64,000 bases of DNA, taken from assembly GCA_951406725.2 (NCBI GenBank), contig OX597827.1, positions 5,766,001 through 5,830,000 of the forward strand, read 5' to 3'. This stretch comes from Octopus vulgaris. Lineage: Eukaryota. A program made the position numbers and the translations under genes. This document shows, one piece after another, positions 58,486-64,000 of the stretch; the first letter of the stretch is position 1, and each line of letters starts with the position of its first letter. The notes beneath the pieces are model-generated. The model saw only the letters and a program-made list of their open reading frames with translations. It made no database searches and was not told the DNA's origin.

Positions 58486-59660
58486 CAGTGGTACCTTGAC
58501 TTACGAGTGTCGCAACTAATGAGTTTTTCGAGATATGAGCCATCTCTCAGCTGATTTTTTGCTTTGTGTTGTGAGCTAAAATCTGGGTTATGGTGTCCCA
58601 CTTCAGATGCCCCACCACTTGTTGATGTAGCAAACACGACAGTGAATACATTAACATCCACCCAGGATCCTGTGTCTCACTCGATAGCCAGACAGATATA
58701 CACGTTAGCAAGTGCAAAGATCATTAGTAGATCAATAGCTAGACAGACGTGTGTATTAGCAAGTGCAAAGATCATTCGTGGATAGTTAGTTAGATGGGTG
58801 GTAAAATGCTTATTTAGTTATTACAGGCTACAGAAGTGTCAGTGTTGTGCTTGCAGTTATTTTGCAAAACTAGGTTTTCTAGCCATGGGTCCGAAGAAAG
58901 TGAGTGAGAAGGACAGTGGTAAGAAGAAGAAGTGGATGATGTGCATCGAATTAAAGAAAGAAATTAGTGAAAAACATGATCGAGGTGTGCATATAGTCAA
59001 CATGGTAAAGCAGCATGAGCGCAGCACTTCTAGAATCTACGCCATTCTGAAGAATCAGGAGTTGATAAAGGCTGGCCAAGGGCGTTAAAAAAATTTCTAA
59101 ACAGTGTACATCTATCCATCAAAGTACAGAGAGGCTGCTGATAGTGTGGTTGATTTACAAGCAGCTTGCGGGAGATACCATGGCAGAGGCTATAATCTAC
59201 AAGAATGCACGAGCTATTTACGCTGATTTGCTGCAGCAGACCTCAGTCTGTTGTAAAGATGAGGCATTGGGCGATCTGTTCAAAGCTAGTTGAGGCCGGT
59301 TCAAGAATTTTAAAAAGAGGACCAGCATTCACCCCCTTGTCAGGCAGGGTAAAGCAGCGAGAGTGGATATGAACGCAGTGAGAGCAGATATGAAGGCAGC
59401 TGAGGATTACCTCAAAACTTTTGCCGGAATTAAAGCAGATGAGGGATACATCACCCAGTAAGTCTTCAGCTGTGAAGAGACAGGACGTTTTTAGAAGATG
59501 CCAAAGAGGACTTATATAATGGCAGAGGAGAAAAGGATGCCAGGCCAAAAACCCGTGAAAGATAGGCCTACTTTCCTACTGTGAGCAGCGACTGCAAGAT
59601 TAAGCCTCTCTGCAAGATTAAAATTTATGATTCAGTAAACCCCAGAGCCTTTAAATCACA
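58486..59660 (+). mobile_element. Tigger/pogo DNA transposon, decayed 5' half
   Basis: Terminus TA-CAGTGGTACCTTGACTTACG. Translation gives MGPKK..IELKKEI.EKHDRGV (CENP-B-type HTH), FKAS*G.FKNFKKR, EGYI..VFSCEETG, KMPKRTYI, GQKPVKDR and NPRAFK, with stops and frameshifts. Confidence 0.88.
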
Positions 59661-60472
59661 TAATCTTCCAATATAGGCTCTTTTGAGTCCTCAAAAAGCG
59701 TTAGCATCACCTTCCCTGCAGAAGACTGAGTCTTGAATTTCTTCATTGTTGGCAACCCAGAATGTTTCCACTCCATACTCTGTCTTTTGGATTCTGCTTC
59801 ATAATGACAGACCCACGTTTCATCTCCTGTGACAATTCTGCTCAAAAATTCTTCGCCCTCATTGTTGTGGTGATCAAGTGAATGTTGTGACAGACCTCAA
59901 AATGTAGTTCTGGTGCAAAGCTCTTTTGGCACCCATCTTGCACAGACTTTATGGAAGCTGAGCTCATCATGAATGATTTGATAGGCAGAACCATGACTAA
60001 TCTGCTGAGAATGAGCTACCTCTTTGATCATAACTCACCGGTTCACCATTACAATCTCTGAAGCTTGTGGAATTTTCTTGTTAGTAGTGGAAATTGATGG
60101 GCGTCCTACTTCCTCTTTGCTCATCACATTTGTCTGGCCACTTTTGAATTTCTCGATCAACACATACACACTTCTACGCCATAGTGCACTGTCTCCATAT
60201 TTTGCTAAAAGCCTCTGAGGAATTTCAGCACCTGACACACCTTCCAACCACAGAAATCAGATCACTGCTTTTTGTTCTTTTTTGGTGCACATTGCTAGTG
60301 GAGTGGCCATGCTTACACTGTAAGGCCAGAAAGAAAAATGGTGGGATCAGGCTCAAGCTTCGATCACGTGACCACTATAGTACCAGCTATTAGCATGCAT
60401 AGAAGGCAGTGTGATAATAATAAGGATATGTTATGGTAAAAGTGTGGATAATTTTTTACTTCCCTCCTACGT
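59661..60472 (-). mobile_element. Mariner transposon, decayed 5' part
   Basis: EGVSGAEI..YGDSAL..EKFKSG..GRP, VCARWVPK, RIVTGDETWVCHYE.ESKRQSMEW..KKFKTQSSAGKVML, with a terminus-like sequence near 60472. Confidence 0.9.
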
Positions 60473-60509
60473 AGATATATATCTATTTATACATATATAT
60501 ATATGTATG

Positions 60510-60596
<87 letters not shown>

Positions 60597-60681
60597 GTAT
60601 ATATAGATATATGTATGTATATATATATGTATATGTATGTATATATATATATATGTATATATATGTGTATATATATATATA

Positions 60682-61196
60682 CCCCACCTCTTACCCACCT
60701 TTGCTTTTCCCACTCTTGCCTCCCCCACCTCCCAACACCATCACACCACATCACACACCACTACACCATACACCACAATACCACACAACACATCACATCA
60801 CAACACACTACCATGCACACACCAGCACTGACCACTTCCCACACTCATATTTTCACACCCACACATACACACATGCACACAGCCCTCTTCCACATGCGCA
60901 TGCGAACTTTCTTATACACACGCCCGTGCACCTACGTTTTGGGATCACCACTACTTTATTATCTCCCCTTCTCCCTAGTTCTCCTGTGTGACCCTTCTGC
61001 TTGGCATTTGCCATGACAGATCGCTAGCCACTACACATTCTTTATTTTCTTTCTTTGTTTCTTTCTTTGTTCCTTTCTGTGGAAGAGCATAAGCTCAAAA
61101 CATTAAAGACTTTACACTTTCTGAGTGTTATATTAATACATCTAATTGTTGTCTACATCACCTGCCTGGGTCTTTGTTTTTTTGTGAATTCTCCCT
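60682..61196 (+). mobile_element. Penelope-like fragment in (TA)n with degenerate HHR at 61073-61108
   Basis: CUUU-CUGUGGA-AGAGC AUAA GCUC-AAAACAUU-AAAG. The downstream sequence resembles that of the 4381-4560 element, and (TA)n lies on both sides. Confidence 0.55.
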
Positions 61197-61768
61197 ATAT
61201 ATATATATATATATAGGACTAAACTTTAAACCTTTGACCTTTACAGAACCAAAGCAAAGGGTTAAATCCAGTAAAATCAAACATAAGTAAAACTACTGAC
61301 ATATCATAAACTTACCTACATCTTATTTTTTTTTTGTGAAGCACAAAAAAAAAAAATCCCATGATCCAAAGGAAGCACACCTAGATATATGTATACCTGC
61401 TTACAAAGTTCTACATACATGAATAAGTTATAGACATTAACTTAACTGCAAATTTAATCAATAAAAATTACTCCAAAACACCTCTTCATTACAATCCACC
61501 CTAAAACCTAATTATCACTCCACTAAAACCCACACAAGGAAGATTTTAACTTAGAGATTATATAAAGCCAAGATTAAGTTTAATGCATCACTGTTTGACA
61601 ATAGCTTAACTTGCCAAAACTTGGAAGTCACTAACTATAATACTCTTGTTTAAGAAGAATAAATTTGTACCCAACAAAAGTATGGAGTACCTATCAGATT
61701 AATGCAAAAGCATTTTTATTATATCTAGGCATAAAACAGATATCAATATATCTATATCTATCTATCAA

Positions 61769-61847
<79 letters not shown>

Positions 61848-62475
61848 GCAAATATCTATCTATCTGTATGGATACACATAGATGTATAAATGTACACATG
61901 TATATACGTGCATATATATAGGTATATAAATATATATATATATATATATTTATATATACACACACATGTATATACATATGTATGCACACACACTTATGTA
62001 TGTATATATGTGTATATATATATACATATGTACACACACACACATACACACACACATATGCACATATATATTGCATCTCACTAACACAATAAGTGGTATG
62101 TAATTCATCCCCATAACATTGTGTATACTTAACACTATATTATATTACTTCCTTTTATTACTTATCCATCTTATCTGCCTCTGTTTATTTTATATCGAAT
62201 GAATTGTGTATTTAACATTTAAGTTCCAATAAACCAAAATTTCCAAGTGTATATTCCTCTACTCCACGGATCCATAATGGAAATTACACTCTTTGAATCT
62301 TTCACACCATGTATATATTTATATACATGTGCGTGTATGTGCGTGTGTGAGAGAGAGAATGTATATATGTATGTGTAGGTGTGTATGTAGTATATGTGCA
62401 TACTATACACACACATGCACATATATATATAATATATATATATACATGAATTTGTATCTACCTGCCTAACTATCA

Positions 62476-62507
<32 letters not shown>

Positions 62508-62817
62508 CTTGGTCTATTCATCTTTCTCTTTGTCAAAATATGTGTATGTATGTATCTGTGTATGTGTGTGCATGTGTGTGTATTTTGTGTAGATATCTGC
62601 ATGTGTATGTGTACATGTGCATATGTGTGAATGTATGTGTGTATATATGTATGCGTATAAATATATATATACTTATATAGAGTATTAAAATATATAAATA
62701 CATTATGTATATGTGATATATATACATACATATACATATACATATATATATATATCATTTTATTTTATTTTATTTTATCTAGTTTCAGCTCACGAGCTGT
62801 GGCCATGCTGGGGCACC

Positions 62818-62873
<56 letters not shown>

Positions 62874-63426
62874 CATACATACATATCAAGAAGCAGAATC
62901 ATAAGCCCTTCCTGAGCAATAGGCTCATAATCCTGGTTTCCCAGATTCTGTGCTGTATATAATTGCCCCCCCACCCAGTCCATCTTAGGATCATTGTCTT
63001 TTACCAGCTGAGTGAACTGAACCCAACATGTAATGAAGTGTCTTGCTCAAGAACACAATGCATCACCCACTCCAGGAATCGAAACCACAATCATACTATC
63101 ACGAGTGCAACACCCTAACCACTAAGCTATGTGCGTCCTCATGTATAGGTATGCATATGTATATATGTATATATATGTTTGCATAAGTATATATTAATGT
63201 ACATGTGTGTGTGTGTAGAAATATATATTTATACATATGCTCACATATATAGATATATATATATAGATATATACTTATATGTATATGTACATGCACACAC
63301 ACAAACACACACACACACATACACATATAAATACTCACATATACATGTATATACCAACTATATACCACCTTCATTAATTCTCTCGTGATATTCATAAATA
63401 TATCCTCTGCACACATTATACCCACT

Positions 63427-63471
<45 letters not shown>

Positions 63472-64000
63472 TCACACACACACACATATAGTATGTTCAT
63501 ACATACATTTACTTATACATTTATCACTGCATGGTCGTGGCTTGTAAATTTGCCCCTAATATAACAGAATTACTAAGCTATAAAATATTGTCATTCATTA
63601 TACGTTATAGTGTCTGTTAGGCTCAGTGTAGCGTAAGCACTTCTGTCATACTTGTCATAACCTATTCTGTCACTACTCCGTCAATGCCATTCCTATTGTC
63701 ATCATAAACATTGCCGTCATTGACGCTACCCTCGTCTTCCAAGCCGTTGTCCTCATCCCCCTCCTCTCCGTTCTCCTCCTCCTCCCCCTCCTCCTCCTCA
63801 TCATCATAACCATCATCATTCTTGCTATCATTGTTATCGTTGTCAAAGACATTATCATTGTCATCGCGTCACTGTCATCCTTATTGTTATTATCGTCAAT
63901 GACATTGTCCTTGTCATTGTCAATGTCAATGTCATCGTCGTTGTCATCGTCGTTGTCATCGTCGTTGTCATCATTGTCATTGCCAGCGTCATTGATATTC

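Overview
AT-rich, microsatellite-saturated animal genomic DNA; the repeat families suggest a coleoid cephalopod (Octopus-like), which is an inference. It is intronic or intergenic, with no confidently supported host gene, and nearly all listed ORFs are translations of simple repeats. Recognisable content includes two SINE families, RTE-type 3' tails, R4/Dong LINE fragments in (TAA)n, a decayed L2/CR1-type RT, Tigger and mariner remnants, a Helitron and hAT/piggyBac MITEs. The main signal is a set of non-coding elements carrying type I hammerhead ribozymes (HHRs) inserted in (TA)n. The largest is a near-identical array of 594-bp units at 51204-54025 with four intact HHRs, each with a 70-nt stem II, arranged as head-to-head inverted blocks. 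Two smaller palindromic HHR insertions (34.3-34.9 kb, 9.4-9.8 kb) and several minimal or decayed HHRs also occur. Together these resemble a retrozyme or non-autonomous Penelope-like system. Coordinates were counted by eye, and element edges may be off by a few bases.
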